64,000 bases of DNA from Octopus vulgaris. Taxonomy: Eukaryota. The position numbers and the translations under genes are program-made. The stretch is from NCBI GenBank assembly GCA_951406725.2, contig OX597829.1, positions 55,056,001 through 55,120,000 of the forward strand, in the 5' to 3' direction. Shown here piece by piece: positions 49,603 to 62,907 of this stretch. A model generated the notes under the pieces. That model saw only the letters and a list, made by a program, of their open reading frames with translations. It was not told the DNA's origin and searched no databases. Position 1 is the first letter of the stretch. Every line of letters begins with the position of its first letter.

Positions 49603-49972
49603 TCTATATATAAAGCTGAAGTTGTCTGTGTGGCAGGTTTGGTAGCCTTCAACTAACACTATTTCTTCTGAGATTCTGCAGCACAAGTTGACCAAAATTG
49701 AGAGTATGATAGAAGAAGGCTTGCTCTTTATTCCTTAGAAGAAAAAATTCAAATCGGACCATGTTAAGACCAAAAATTATTTACATCAAAAAGATGGGGT
49801 TTTTTCTATGCAAATCTCTATTTTTTACGCTTTTTTGACTGCTGTGTCGCCAACCAGAAAAATGTTCACTTTAAGAGAATAACAAGCTACATAATGCAAA
49901 CTTTTTACTTTTCAAAAATTCCAATTCTAAAGGGGCTAAACAAACTCGAGCAATGCTGGGTGATACTGCTAG
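49603..49972 (+). mobile_element. Non-autonomous Helitron
   Basis: Starts A|TC, ends CTAG|T, with subterminal hairpin-like ctcgagcaatgctggg. Confidence 0.7.
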
Positions 49973-49979
49973 TATATAT

Positions 49980-52121
49980 ATAAAATCAAAATAAGCAACA
50001 GAATATCAAGAAGTGATGCAGTACGACCGTTTCAAACAGCTCCATTTAATTGAACATTGCAATCATTAGTTCAATTTAGATGCAGAGCTATCATCAGCTG
50101 CACAAATAAATAGAATTTTAATCAGTTGGACACATTAATATATTTTTCTAAAATACTTTAACAGAACAAGAAGGTGGAAGAAATCCATGCTGTTGCTATT
50201 GTAGCTAAGAATAGACTACATTTCCGAGAAAGGCATGAAGCTTACTGGGGTCACAACTTGTAAAGGATTGTGGTTTGCATCTAATTTATTTGTCTTTTTA
50301 TCAACTACTAAATCTAAGACTAGAGGACTGTGTCTGTTTGGAATGAAGGGGAAGAGTGAGCTGACAGCTCATGGCTAGGTATGGTCATAAATATTGTCAA
50401 GACATTAGAAGTAGTTAATTGAGTATAGAGTAACTGTCTATAAAAAAGACCCTAAATCATGATATTAATTACTAGTTAAAGGGGCAAGACGCTAATAAAA
50501 CCTATGATGTTAATACAGAGGAAATTTTATCTTGGGGTACTATGGGTGATTGTTTATAAACAATATCGTTATGTTGAATAAAAATAAAATAAAATAAAAT
50601 AAAATTTAAGATTAGCAAAAATGGCATCATAACCAAAATAAGTAAAATGTGTGTCTATATCAATTTTCAACATTAAAAAGGAAATATTACATAGAATTAG
50701 TTTAATATTCATTCATGTACTTATTTATTTATTAGGTGGTTTCTATAAAGACTGCTCAGGGCATTTACTTATGAAATACTGGAAAGATAAACAGCCTATC
50801 ATCATCATCAATCTATATATTAATTATAAGCCAAGAATTAGAAAAAATAAAGATGTGTACAGATACACACATATTTATCTATGTGCTCACATGCACACAT
50901 ACACAAATATTTATATGTTTATATGGATATGGTATAATCATCTTTCATAGACTTAAGTAACTAAAAAGTATCTATTTACGAACAAGAAAGATAACAATTT
51001 ATAAGGGATAAGAGGTTAATAGGTTATGCACATATATGCATATATACACATATACAGATATTTATACATTTATATGGATATAGTATGACCATCTCGCACA
51101 GCCCTAAGTAGCTGAAAAATCTCTATTTAAGAACAGTGATAACTTATAAAGGATAAGGGGTTAATAGGTAAGGATATCAAATAAAACAAAATAAGAATTT
51201 ACAGAAAATGATAAGAAAGAGATAGGGTATTAAAATTTGAGGTAGGGAAGAGATAATGGTAACCCGAAAGGAGGAGGTAGTAAGTATGAGCAGAGTGAGG
51301 ACAGTTAGAGGTATTCGGACTGTAGAGATTTTATAAGTTGCAATGTTACAGGTACTATTACATATATGATTATATAGTTTCTAGTGGGTATATAATTAGG
51401 AGACTTAGATAAAAGCCTTTACAAATATACATAATATGATCAGTAGGGTAGAACATCATAGAAAGGAACAAATAGTTTAATCACCAAAAACATGATGAAG
51501 TCAGACTAACTAGGCGGGAGTTTTCATGGGATAGTAATTACATATAGCACATTACATGATTTTCTATTTAATACTAGAGGGTAAATTTAAAACAGATATG
51601 ACACCAAAATTAATTTCTACTATCAAAGTTCAAGTATGACCACCTATAGTTGCTAATTTCGAAAATACTTAAAAGTACGGGTGAAGCTCTGCACACATGG
51701 TACCCTTAGGTCTAATCTATTATTAATTAGATTGATCTTGTCCTTATAATTAAAAATCTCATAAGTTTCCTTAAAGCACAGCTCACACCCGTATTGACTA
51801 TCTCTATAAGGCTGTGCTCTCCGTATTATATTCCATTTAAGGCTAAATTCGATCCCTCTTTCCTTCAGTTTCTAAATCATGCTAGATAAGGACATACAAT
51901 TGGCTTTATGTTTGAGTTTAAAAGATGAAAAATGGTTATTGTTACATTTTTTCATATTTATCAAACATCCTATATGTATAAACTTACCAGCCTCAGTTGT
52001 GATTGTACATTTATAAATTAAATTTTGGATTAGACATTGGCCTTTTAATGGACAGAGGGATTTAACTCTATAATTGCAACCAAGAGCATTACTACTATTA
52101 ATATTATCGATATTCCTATCA

Positions 52122-52130
<9 letters not shown>
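49980..52130 (-). mobile_element. Penelope-like element 3' fragment with GIY-YIG endonuclease, 3' tail and hammerhead
   Basis: CNYRVKSLCPLKGQCLIQNLIYKC..IHIG..NHFSSF..LSSMI*KLKERGIEFSLKWNIIRRAQPY..CELCFKE, ending at stop 51653 with one internal TGG>TAG. Hammerhead on the same strand at 50016-50103. Confidence 0.85.
50016..50103 (-). ncRNA. Type-I hammerhead at the 3' end of a Penelope-like element
   Basis: Minus strand reads gtgcag-CTGATGA-TAGCTC..AATTGAAC..GTTCAATT..GAGCTG-ttt-GAAAC-ggtc-GTA-ctgcat. Confidence 0.7.
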
Positions 52131-52164
<34 letters not shown>

Positions 52165-52776
52165 TACCACTATTATTATTATTCCTACTACTACTATTGT
52201 GTGTCATCATTATCATCATCATCGTTTAACGTCTGCTTTCCATGCTGGCATGGGTTGGATGATTTGACTGAGGACTGGCAAACCAGATGGCTGCACCAGG
52301 CTCCAATCTGATCCGGCAGAGTTTCTACAGTTGGATGCCCTTCCTAACACCAACCACTCCGAGAGTGTAGTGGGTGCTTTTACATGCCACCAGTATGAGG
52401 GCCAGTCAGGCGGTACTGTTATTTTTTATACTTCCTTTAAGTCATATATATACATATACATATACATATATATATGAATGTATTTATATGTATTTATGTG
52501 TGTGTGTATGTATGTTTTTTGTGTTTTACTGTCTCCTTTTCTTGATGTCATGTGATAGTTGTAAATGATAATCACCATCATGCAAATGAGGTTGTTTGTT
52601 TCCAATGTTCCGTCAGAAACATGTCTGGCTGTGGGGAAATAAAGGTTGTTAAAGGGCATCTGGCTGTAGAAAATCTGCCTCAACAAATTCTATCTGACCC
52701 ATGCAAACAGGGAAAAAAGAGCTTTACATGATGAGAAGTGAAGAAAATATTTATATACATGTGTGTACATATATCT

Positions 52777-52821
<45 letters not shown>

Positions 52822-53139
52822 ATGTATATATGAGTATGTGTATTTATATCTATCCTGCCCATTAACCATTTGACATTCAACCAGCCACAGACTGATTACC
52901 CTAATTTATGACCCTGCAACGGTAATTAACCTTCTGCTATTTGTATCGTCATTGTTAGCATTTTGTTAGTCTCTATGTTCAGAGTTCAAATTCCTTTGAA
53001 GTCAACTTTGCCTTTCATCCTTTTAGGGTCAATAAAACAAGTACCAGTTGTGCACTGGGGGTCAGTATAATCAACAAGGCGCCATTTCCCTCATAACTTC
53101 AGGCATTGTGCATTTTGTAAAAAGGGTTATTATCATTAT

Positions 53140-53392
53140 TGATTTGACTCCGGTTTGTACTTGTTCCTGGTAGAATTTATGTGGGTAGGAGGTTACTACT
53201 TGGAAACTTAGGTATCCACAAATTTTCTCTAATCTTTCAAGTGCTGGAAACCATCCTGATAATCTTTCCTCTCCCTAAGAGACAAACTTTCTGTAGAAGC
53301 TCTACAGAGCATTCTATTCCAATCTCCTTCATTTGTCTATATCTTTGCTTACAGTTCCCAATGCACCAATTATTATAGACAAAACCTTTACA
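53140..53392 (-). mobile_element. R4/Dong-like retrotransposon 3' end
   Basis: EIGIECSVELLQKVCLLGRGKIIRMV matches the LQKxxLLGTARIxRxVL C-terminus; (ATT)n on both sides. Confidence 0.55.
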
Positions 53393-53815
53393 ATTATTAT
53401 TATTATTATTATTAGATACAGATAAGAAAATAATGCTAATAATATAGCACAAGCAGGATAAACTATCCCTATTTTGCAGAAAAATCTGTTGGTGGCCAAC
53501 CATGAGACTCAAACTCACTTCCCTGTGATTACGTGTCAAGTACTTTACTATTAAGCTAAACTGCCCAGTGACAAATTCTTCTGCAATTTTAGGATATGTA
53601 AATCTAGCATAATCACAGGGATGTGAGTTCGAGCCTCATGGCTGGCCACTTACAAAGTTTTCTGCAAAATATGGATAGTTATCCTGTTCATGCTATTGTA
53701 TTAGCACTATCCTGTGTTTGAGAATAAAATTATTTCCTTATCCGTATCTTTCAATACATCTCAACACTTCTAAAGCCAACTTTGTTCGTTGACTTTCAAC
53801 AGAAGTTGAATTTAA

Positions 53816-53874
<59 letters not shown>

Positions 53875-54336
53875 CATTTATCCTTATTATCATTATCATT
53901 ATTAATTTGTTGTTGTTGTTAATTTTTTTTGTGGGTTCAGGTTTGTACCTATATTTATGGCTGGTTGTCTTCTGTCTCCTACTATATTGTGCAGCTTGTG
54001 AGGTTGAATGTTGATAATTTATATATCCTGAATATATATATATAGAGAGAGAGAGCCTTCAATACATGTCAGTCGCAAGATTATGTAATGTTTCTACAGT
54101 CATTATGTAATTAAGACAGCAATTTGTCAAAATGCATGTATGTCCTTAAAGTATGGGTGTGCCATACATGATTTCTCTATATTAATAATTCTATAACTTG
54201 GTTTGTATTCCACACACTAAACTACCATGAGGTCAATGCCTTGCATCATACTACATTGGATGCTGAGTAGAGTATGGAAGCCTCTGTTGAGCTCAATGTA
54301 TGGGTTATGCGTCACATATCACAGCACCTATATCCA

Positions 54337-54367
<31 letters not shown>

Positions 54368-55769
54368 CACTCGCACTCTTATGGTAAATGTATGTCTTTC
54401 ACCAGAAGGAACAACTGCTAATAGTTGCCAATGGTGATTTTGGCTGGCCAAATTTGAGTTAAATACTCTTTTCTATTGTTTCATTTTGTCAAAGTTTATT
54501 AGTTCAACCAAAGAAGAAACAAATGAATTTCAGTGGAATTGAACACATGAATCACGTGATTGTATTTGAAACTTCTTAACATCTCTGCCGTTCCTGCATC
54601 TGATGATGTTAGGAATTACTTAAGCTCTTCAGATTCAGGGTGACTGATTATTTTCTGACTTTCAAGGATTTGTATTTTGACAGAAATTTGAAATTGAGCA
54701 TAGATTGGAAAGAAAAATTTGAACTGTTCTGGCACATAAATTATAGCGTGCAACATTATTTTTTACTGTCCTTGAATAATGATGAAAATAAAACCTTTTC
54801 AGCTCTGGCCTAGAATACATGGAAAGCATTTTCACTGATTTGATGTGGAAGAAGGAGCTGTACACATGGCCTTCACAGTTCCTCTAAGACCAGTGGGATC
54901 AATACAGTTAACATTCTTGGGCTGATAGGAAGGACTAATATGGACTAGTGCATGCTCTGGATGTGGGTGGGTGGACGCGATATGGTGAATGGATTCAAAA
55001 TGTTCTAATATTTGTGATCTACATGTTCTCAGGATTGTAGTTAAAAGTTATGATGCTTCTCTTGGTGTAAAATGAATTTTGAGAAATCATTTCCCCCAAA
55101 GGAACAAATCATTAATTGAAAAGTTTGGTCATAGTTTGTGTGTAGTAGTTTGTTATTGACTAGAAATTTATCAGTGTAAGTGCATAGTTGTTTGGACAAT
55201 TAAGTACACAAGAAACTCCCAACATCTTTGATCTTTGTGCTCATGTGTTCTTCATTGATTAAGCGGCACCATTTAAGGAGAAAATGATTTTAGTGAAGTT
55301 ATAATTTACTATTAACTTCATGTCGTTATCGCTGTTGTCGTCGTCGTGATCATCATCATCATCATCATCATCACCATCACCAACAATCCCTTCATCAGTT
55401 GTCCACTGTTTTATCTACTCTGCATTCTGAGCTTATGACAAGATGTGTCTTTGTCAAAACAGTTGTTCCCACAAAGCAAATTAAATAAAATTTGAGATTT
55501 GCGGAGGGTGAAAGTTGGTAACAAAAACAGGACAGTGAAAACAAATGGTAAGCCATAATGACAAGATGTGGTGAATGCTGGAGAAACAAGCTTTGACAGG
55601 AGACAGACAAGAATGCATCCTACCCCTGTAGCTAAATGAGAGAAAAGAAATTCAAGTTAGGAAGAGAAAGATGGCCACTGGTCACGTGTGAGCAATGGGA
55701 GAGTCAAGGAAGAAGAGTGAGGAAGAGAGAGGGACAGATGGAGAAAGATGTATATGCATAAAGAAGACA

Positions 55770-56600
55770 GAAGTATTCCACCAACATTGCCCTACTCCTA
55801 AACAAATTCGAGGTGTCAAGCAGAGGCCACCAGTTCACAATTCTCCTGACACTCCTATACAGGTTGATGGGAATAGCTTAAATTATGTGAAGTCATTTAC
55901 ATATCTTGGCAGTAAAGTGAAATTGAGTGCTTCCCTTGATGATGAAATTGTCAACTATCTTGCAAAGGCAACCAATGCCTTTAGCAAACTCCGTCATCGA
56001 CCATGGAATGAAATAGCCAAGTAAAGGTCTATAAAGTAGCCATTCTTACTACTCTCTTGAATGGCTCAGAACCCTGGACACCCTTTAGATGACACATATC
56101 TTCCACAAAACGGTCTGAAATCAATCTGTGGTTATTCACTAAAAGAGAATTTCTAATGCCGACTTGTTTAGCAAGTGTAAGATTGGTGGAATTGAGAGCT
56201 TCCTTATACAATCACAATTGCACTGGGTTGGCCATGTCATCAGCATGAGTGACCAAAGAATACCCAAAGTCCTCATGTACAGCCAGCCTGAGAGTGGACA
56301 CAGGAATGTTGGTTGACCATGGCTCAGATATAAGGACAAGCTGAAGAGTAACCTCTTAGAACTGAAGATTGCTCACAACACCTTTGAGTGAACAGCCTTG
56401 GAATGGACAAAATGGGGATTGTTGTGTCAAAATGGTATTAGGAACTTTGTTGCAACTGGCATTAACAGGCTTTGGGGGTGCAAGACAAAGGAGAAAAGCA
56501 GCTGCAAATATACCACCTGCACTGACCTGTGATCCTCATACTTGCAGGATCTGTGGCCTTTGTAAAACGTTGGCAGGACTTAAACGTCACATTTGACATA
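55770..56600 (+). mobile_element. RTE (BovB-like) LINE 3' fragment
   Basis: LNYVKSFTYLGS..SLDDEI..AFSKL; KVYKVAILTTLLNGSEPWT; QLHWVGHVISMSDQRIPK; CRICGLCKTLAGLKRH. Confidence 0.85.
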
Positions 56601-56666
56601 AGCATTATGACTGACAAAGAAAGAGAACGTTGTCATAGCCTCATATGTTTAAACCGACAGGACAGT

Positions 56667-56736
<70 letters not shown>

Positions 56737-56745
56737 TGCATGTAT

Positions 56746-56776
<31 letters not shown>

Positions 56777-56860
56777 CACAAAAACACACACATACACACA
56801 CAGACACACACATACATGTATATATATATGTATGTATATACAGGTATATGTGTGTGTGTA

Positions 56861-57193
56861 CAAGATATGCGACATATTTCTGTCCAAAGATTGAAACTTC
56901 TTCATTCACATTCATTTCCATTCTTTTCCAAATGTTCCCTTAATATCCATTTCTTAAATCAGCCAGAAATTTACCATATCTTAGATTTTACAGTGGTGAA
57001 TATATATATATATGAATATAGATTAACCGAATTCAACTCCCTATTTTAGTGACCTAGTTCAGCTTTAATACAGGTATTTATTCAAAATACCTGTAAAAAA
57101 AAAAAAAGACATTCTCTTCTGTCACCTTTATTCAGTGACATATTTCTGAACTATTTCACTCACTCATTCTCTCTCTCCCTCCCCCTCTCTTTG

Positions 57194-57251
<58 letters not shown>

Positions 57252-57950
57252 ACAGAGTAGCTTTTCCCATGGGAGCCTTGAACCAGTTATCTTCCTCTTT
57301 CCATTCACTTAGTAGTAGACTGCTGTAAAGAGGATTAGGTAAGAGATTACTTGATGTAATCTGTCATCCAATATACAAACTTTTGTGTTGCGTAATTATC
57401 ATATAACAATTGAATGACATACGTAATAACATTTATAGACTATCTTTAATCAATTCATTTCACTAATATTTGTTCACCATTACATGTGTTTCATTTGCTA
57501 ATAGGAATTACTAAATTGTTTGTGTAAGATGAACATGTAAGAAATCTCCTATTACAAATGGTCCAGAGAGAATCAAATAAAATAAAATTTACATTTCGAT
57601 GTGATGTTTATATATAGTTACATAATTTTACATATGTGTGTATGTGTGTATGTATGTATGTATGTATGTATGTATATATGTATGTATGTATGTGTGTGTG
57701 TATGTATGTATGTATGTATGTATGAATATATGTAGAAATTTAAAAAAAACACAATTTTCCATGACTGTTGACAGTACCACCTAACTGGCTCCCATGTTGG
57801 TGGCACGTAAAAGCACCCACTACACTCTCGGAGTGGTTGGCATTAGGAAGGGCATCCAGCTGTAGAAACTCTGCTAAATCAAGATTGCAGCCATCTGGTT
57901 CGCCAGTCCTCAGTCAAATCGTCCTATCCATGCTAGTAATGATGATGATG

Positions 57951-57981
<31 letters not shown>

Positions 57982-58418
57982 CATATATATCAATACAATA
58001 AGATATTACAATGATTTGTTAATATATTAAGATGTATAAAATACATTATAATATCGGTGGCTCATTAGCAATTAAAAAGCAAAAAGGAATTAAGAAACGA
58101 AGGTACAAAATAGCTCTTGTGAATGCTAGAAATGAGAGTCAAAATTTAACTTGGAAAGCCACTAAAAACACTAACCTCATGGTATTTACAGGATTCGGGC
58201 ACAGCAAGCTAAATGATCTTTCCCTTGTGAGAACTCACAGAATGAAATAGTTGGACAAAACTTTATCAATTGATTTTGAAATTTGATCAGAATGATCATG
58301 CTTCTCATCAGAGGTCTCTACCACTACTCAGGGTTAAAGAGATAGCCTGCCTCAAAACAGTTCATGAGAAGGAAAAACTGTTGATAAGCTACGCTAAATT
58401 TCAAAACAGTTATATATT

Positions 58419-58456
<38 letters not shown>

Positions 58457-59091
58457 TAGTAGTCATAGACATGAAATACTAATCGATGTGGTTAGCTGTA
58501 ACCTGGAACATAACTGAGAGCCATCATGGTATTGGAGGGGGGGGGGCAGATAATATATCCCTCCAAACTCGCACTATGTATATATTACCTACGTAATTAT
58601 TTATACATTCATTATACTTGTACATATATAATAATAAAGCTGGCTACACCCAATATAAAACCAAAAAGAAAAGATTCAATCCCTAATTGTGACTGACAGT
58701 GTACAAGGCTGCCATGGGAAAAGCTAATTAGTGCGTGTGTGTGTGTGTGTGAGAGAGACAAAGAGAGGGGGAGGGAGAGAGAGAATGAGTGAGTGAAATA
58801 GTTCAGAAATATGTCACTGAATAAAGGTGACAGAAGAGAATGTCTTTTTTTTTTTTTACAGGTATTTTGAATAAATACCTGTATTAAAGCTGAACTAGGT
58901 CACTAAAATAGGGAGTTGAATTCGGTTAATCTATATTCATATATATATATATTCACCTCTGTAAAATCTAAGATATGGTAAATTTCTGGCTGATTTAAGA
59001 AATGGATATTAAGGGAACATTTGGAAAAGAATGGAAATGAATGTGAATGAAGAAGTTTCAATCTTTGGACAGAAATATGTCGCATATCTTG
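56861..59091. mobile_element. Element bounded by ~400-bp near-perfect inverted repeats with TA flanks
   Basis: 56861-~57282 is the reverse complement of ~58701-59091, from TA|CAAGATATG to CATATCTTG|TA. Confidence 0.75.
58257..58318 (-). ncRNA. Degenerate hammerhead with G12A
   Basis: Minus strand reads gagacct-CTGATGA-GAAG-cat-GATCA-ttc-TGATC-aaa-TTTC-AAAA-TCAATTGA-TA-aagtttt; palindromic stem III. Confidence 0.55.
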
Positions 59092-59786
59092 TACACACAC
59101 ACACTCTCTTACTCTTTTACTTGTTTACTTGTTTCAGCCATGCTGGAGCACCACCTTTTAATCGAAGCAATCAAATCCAGGACTTATTCTTTGTAAGCCT
59201 AGTACTTATCCTATCGATCTCTTTTGACAACCTGCTAAGTTATAGAGACGTAAACACACCGACATTAGTTGTCAAGCAATGGTGGGGGGGGGGGGACAAA
59301 CACAGACACAAACACAAACACATAAAAATATAATATATATATATATATATACAACAGGCTTTTTTCAGTTTCTGTCTACCAAATCCATTCACAAGGCTTT
59401 GATCAGCCCAAGGGTATAGCAGAAGACACTTGGCCAAGGTTTCACACAGTGGGATTAAACCTGGAACCATGTGGTTGGTAAGCAGCTACTCACCGCACAG
59501 CCATGCATGCATATATAAATGAATTAGTGAATACAAAAAAGAGAGTAGCACTCAATACATTTAGTTGGATACATTTAGAAGGGTAAAAGTTCACAGTTCA
59601 ACTTTCTGACGTTGTAAAAATAGGTGCATAAGTCCTTAGGTGCAATCCTATGTAGATCCACGTAGGTTAAAGACCTGATATTGTAAACATCCAGAAAAAA
59701 AAGACATGAACATATCAACGTTCCTTTACTTCTGTCCTCCATGTTGTCATTTCAGTAATTTATACCCTTCTCATTTTTCCCTATTT

Positions 59787-59842
59787 GTCTTTGATGATGG
59801 AATATCCCATACTCAGGGATATCCCAGAAACATCTGTAAGAC
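59787..59842 (+). ncRNA. Hammerhead with C3U
   Basis: gtct-TTGATGA-TGGAATATCCC-atactca-GGGATATCCCA-GAAAC-atct-GTA-agac. Confidence 0.65.
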
Positions 59843-59950
59843 TTTGAATTTTTTCCAATAATAATAATAATAATGTATATGACTTGAGATGTTTGCCTTG
59901 CCTTAATGTTTGTTGTCCTTTTTAACAATTATATACATACATACCTACAT

Positions 59951-59981
<31 letters not shown>

Positions 59982-60007
59982 CATATATATATATATATAC
60001 ATATACA

Positions 60008-60300
60008 TATCCGAACGTGGCCGTTGCCAGCCCCACCCCAACTGGCCTCCGTGCCAGTGGCATGTAAAAAGCACCATCTGATCGTGGCCGTTTGCCAGCC
60101 TCGTCTGACACCTGTGCAGGTAGCACATAAAAAGCACCCACTACACTCTCGGAGTGGTTGGCGTTAGGAAGGGCATCCAGCTGTAGAAACACTGCCAGAT
60201 CAGACTGGAGCCTGGGGCAGCCTTCTGGCTTCCCAGACCCCAGTTGAACCATCCAACCAATGCTAACATGGAAAACGGATGTTAAACGATGATGATGATG
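60008..60300 (+). mobile_element. SINE family A copy
   Basis: Same body and (GAT)n tail as 40868-41220, with two internal units. Confidence 0.85.
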
Positions 60301-60411
60301 ATATACATATATATATATATACTTAATCCAAACAAGAAAGCACAAAAAAACACAACAACGCGAGGACGTGGAACAAATATAGTATTATTGGATGCTCAGG
60401 AAAGAAGGAGG

Positions 60412-60446
60412 GTTTAATGTTTCGAGCAGAGCTCTTCGTCGGAAAC
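60412..60446 (-). ncRNA. Minimal hammerhead with U4C
   Basis: Minus strand reads gttt-CCGACGA-a-GAGC-tct-GCTC-GAAACATT-aaac, in a ~210-bp unit (60323-60530) between (TA)n tracts. Confidence 0.55.
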
Positions 60447-60529
60447 ATAGGAGAAGGAAAGATCCAGAGAAGGGAAGACAGAGGAAAAGAAATCGCCAAC
60501 GGTACACACACGGTCACATTTTGAAAGAC

Positions 60530-60722
<193 letters not shown>

Positions 60723-61609
60723 GTGAGCAGGTATTTGAGCCCTAACTGCTAGATATTTGGTTAGACACCATTAATGAGCCATCAGAGATTTTTATTATTG
60801 ATCTACAGCTTGACTAATTGGCTTGAGGCAGTGGCATGATATGGATTACTTGGATGTTCTAAAATTTAACCTCTTTTTACCTTATGAAACCTGTTTGGCA
60901 CTGAACTCACCACAATGTCCTTGTATATCCTCAAGTGTTAGCTTTTTTTCTTTTCAGACAAAGCATCCTTTGCCTGAACAGTGTTTCGTGGCACTAGTTT
61001 AACTTCAAACAGATTGAGACAACTTTATTCTTTCATCTTATAAGTCTTGATTACTGGCTGAAATATTTGATTAAACTGCAGACTTTCATATGACCATCTC
61101 TGACTGAATATCAGGTGAAAATCATTGGTCTAGTTGCATGCTGTTTAATGATCTTATTAACCAGCTTTGACTGATTATTTTCTAATTGACCTTATAGCAA
61201 ATTTATTAGTTTATATCTAAGTAAAATATTTGTTTCTGGCTGACCAGTTTCAATTGATATATAACGAAAAATTTGTTGGCCTACTTGACTGGTATTTGAT
61301 ATGATCAATCAACTGGTTCTGGCTATTCAGTTCTTTCTGACTAATCACATTTAGCAAAACAGTCTGTTGGCCTGTTCCACAGAGTGGCCAACTGATTCAC
61401 ATGCCTCACCTCCTGCTAGGCAGACAAATACTGGTATTTGAACAGACAGCCTTGACCTTTTGCACAGACAAATATCATATCTGGCAATGAATATTAAAGT
61501 TTTGCAAGTACTTGGTGACCCTGTGAGTGCAGGTGCCACTCAAAAAACATCCAGTCCACATTGTAAAGTGGTTGGCCTTTAGAACTTTCCATTAACATAT
61601 TATTCTCAC

Positions 61610-61652
<43 letters not shown>

Positions 61653-62063
61653 TATATATATATTTTATTATTTATTGATATATAGGTGGATTATGTATTT
61701 GTAATACTAGATTGAAGCTAATTAGGTATTATATTATTTGATATTTAGTCTATTTGTTATAGTTTGTAATATTAAATCCATAGATACTACACATGTATAT
61801 TTATTATATGGTTAGCTTATGTAAGGAGTTTGTCTAAATTTGACACATTTCTTATCTTGATTACAATTTAATGACTTTTTATAGCTTTGTGTTTTTTATT
61901 TAATTTTATAGTATTTGATTATTGAATTATTATTTTATTTTTCAATTATGTATATTTAGAATTTTCATATACATATATATTTATATATATATATGTGTAT
62001 ATATATATGTATATATTAAAGTATATTTATTAATTAATTATTTTACTGTTCTATTATATTTTT

Positions 62064-62150
62064 AACCTGATGAGCGACTATATTTATATGCAAGTGATTT
62101 CTCTACTACTATAATCATTTCTTAAATATAGCAGCGAAACACGTGTCGTT
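62064..62150 (+). ncRNA. Type-I hammerhead with intact core and GUC site
   Basis: aac-CTGATGA-GC-ga-CTATATTTA..AAGTGATT..AATCATTT..TAAATATAG-ca-GC-GAAAC-ACGT-GTC^gtt; palindromic loop ACGT. Confidence 0.75.
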
Positions 62151-62411
62151 TTTCTACCTATTATTACATTATTACATTATTACATTACATTATTCTTGTA
62201 ATTTACTTAATCTTTACTTTTTAATTGTTATTTTAATTTTAACTTTTCTATTATTTGTAATTTTCTAGATGGTGTAATTTAATTATTCATTTTGAATTGA
62301 TAAAAGGTGGTTTTTTCTAATATTTATATATATTATATTGTGTGGAATTTGATTTAGTATTTCTAAATTGAATTCTTTTTCCTTGTAAGTTTGGATTTTA
62401 TTCCCTCAAAT

Positions 62412-62457
<46 letters not shown>

Positions 62458-62479
62458 AGTTATATATAGTTGAGCGGAA

Positions 62480-62895
62480 GAGCAAAGCCTGTGTGGTATG
62501 CCACAGTTTGAGATCTGTATAGAAGTTGGACTTTCGTAAGGACCTGAAGATCCATCTCTTCATTGCTGCAGTTGGGGATGGCTCTGAACATTAACCTGTA
62601 TACACTGAGGATGAAGAACTCAGAGCCGTACGAGAGCCTCCCAATAGTTAGCTCGAAAATAACACAGAGTAGACTGTGATTAGCTGGACATGCTCACCAT
62701 TATTAAGAGTTGATACTGCATTCAGTGCACCTGCGGAAGCCCCTGCATGGACACACTAGAAGAGGGAGACCAAGGATGACATATGTTTATGCCCTAAGGA
62801 CAGACACTGGTCTCTGGGAGACACAGGACATGGCAACAATGACGAGGGACAAGGACCACTGGAAAGAACTCATCCATGGATCTCAGGAAATTCTC
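62480..62895 (+). mobile_element. RTE-like LINE 3' fragment
   Basis: LAGH..RKPLHGHTRRGRPRMTYV..DTGL..RDKDHW. Confidence 0.7.
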
Positions 62896-62907
62896 CCACC
62901 CTATATA

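Noticed and set aside
54595-54640. Short inverted repeat with CTGANGA on both strands
   Set aside because: Neither strand has a downstream GAAA or stem III.
56529-57049. ORFs rich in YI, HT, SL and CV dipeptides here and elsewhere
   Set aside because: They are translations of TA, CA and GA microsatellites.
60780-61430. Loose recurrence of tgact/ctgact/ttgatt words
   Set aside because: No consistent period could be defined by eye.
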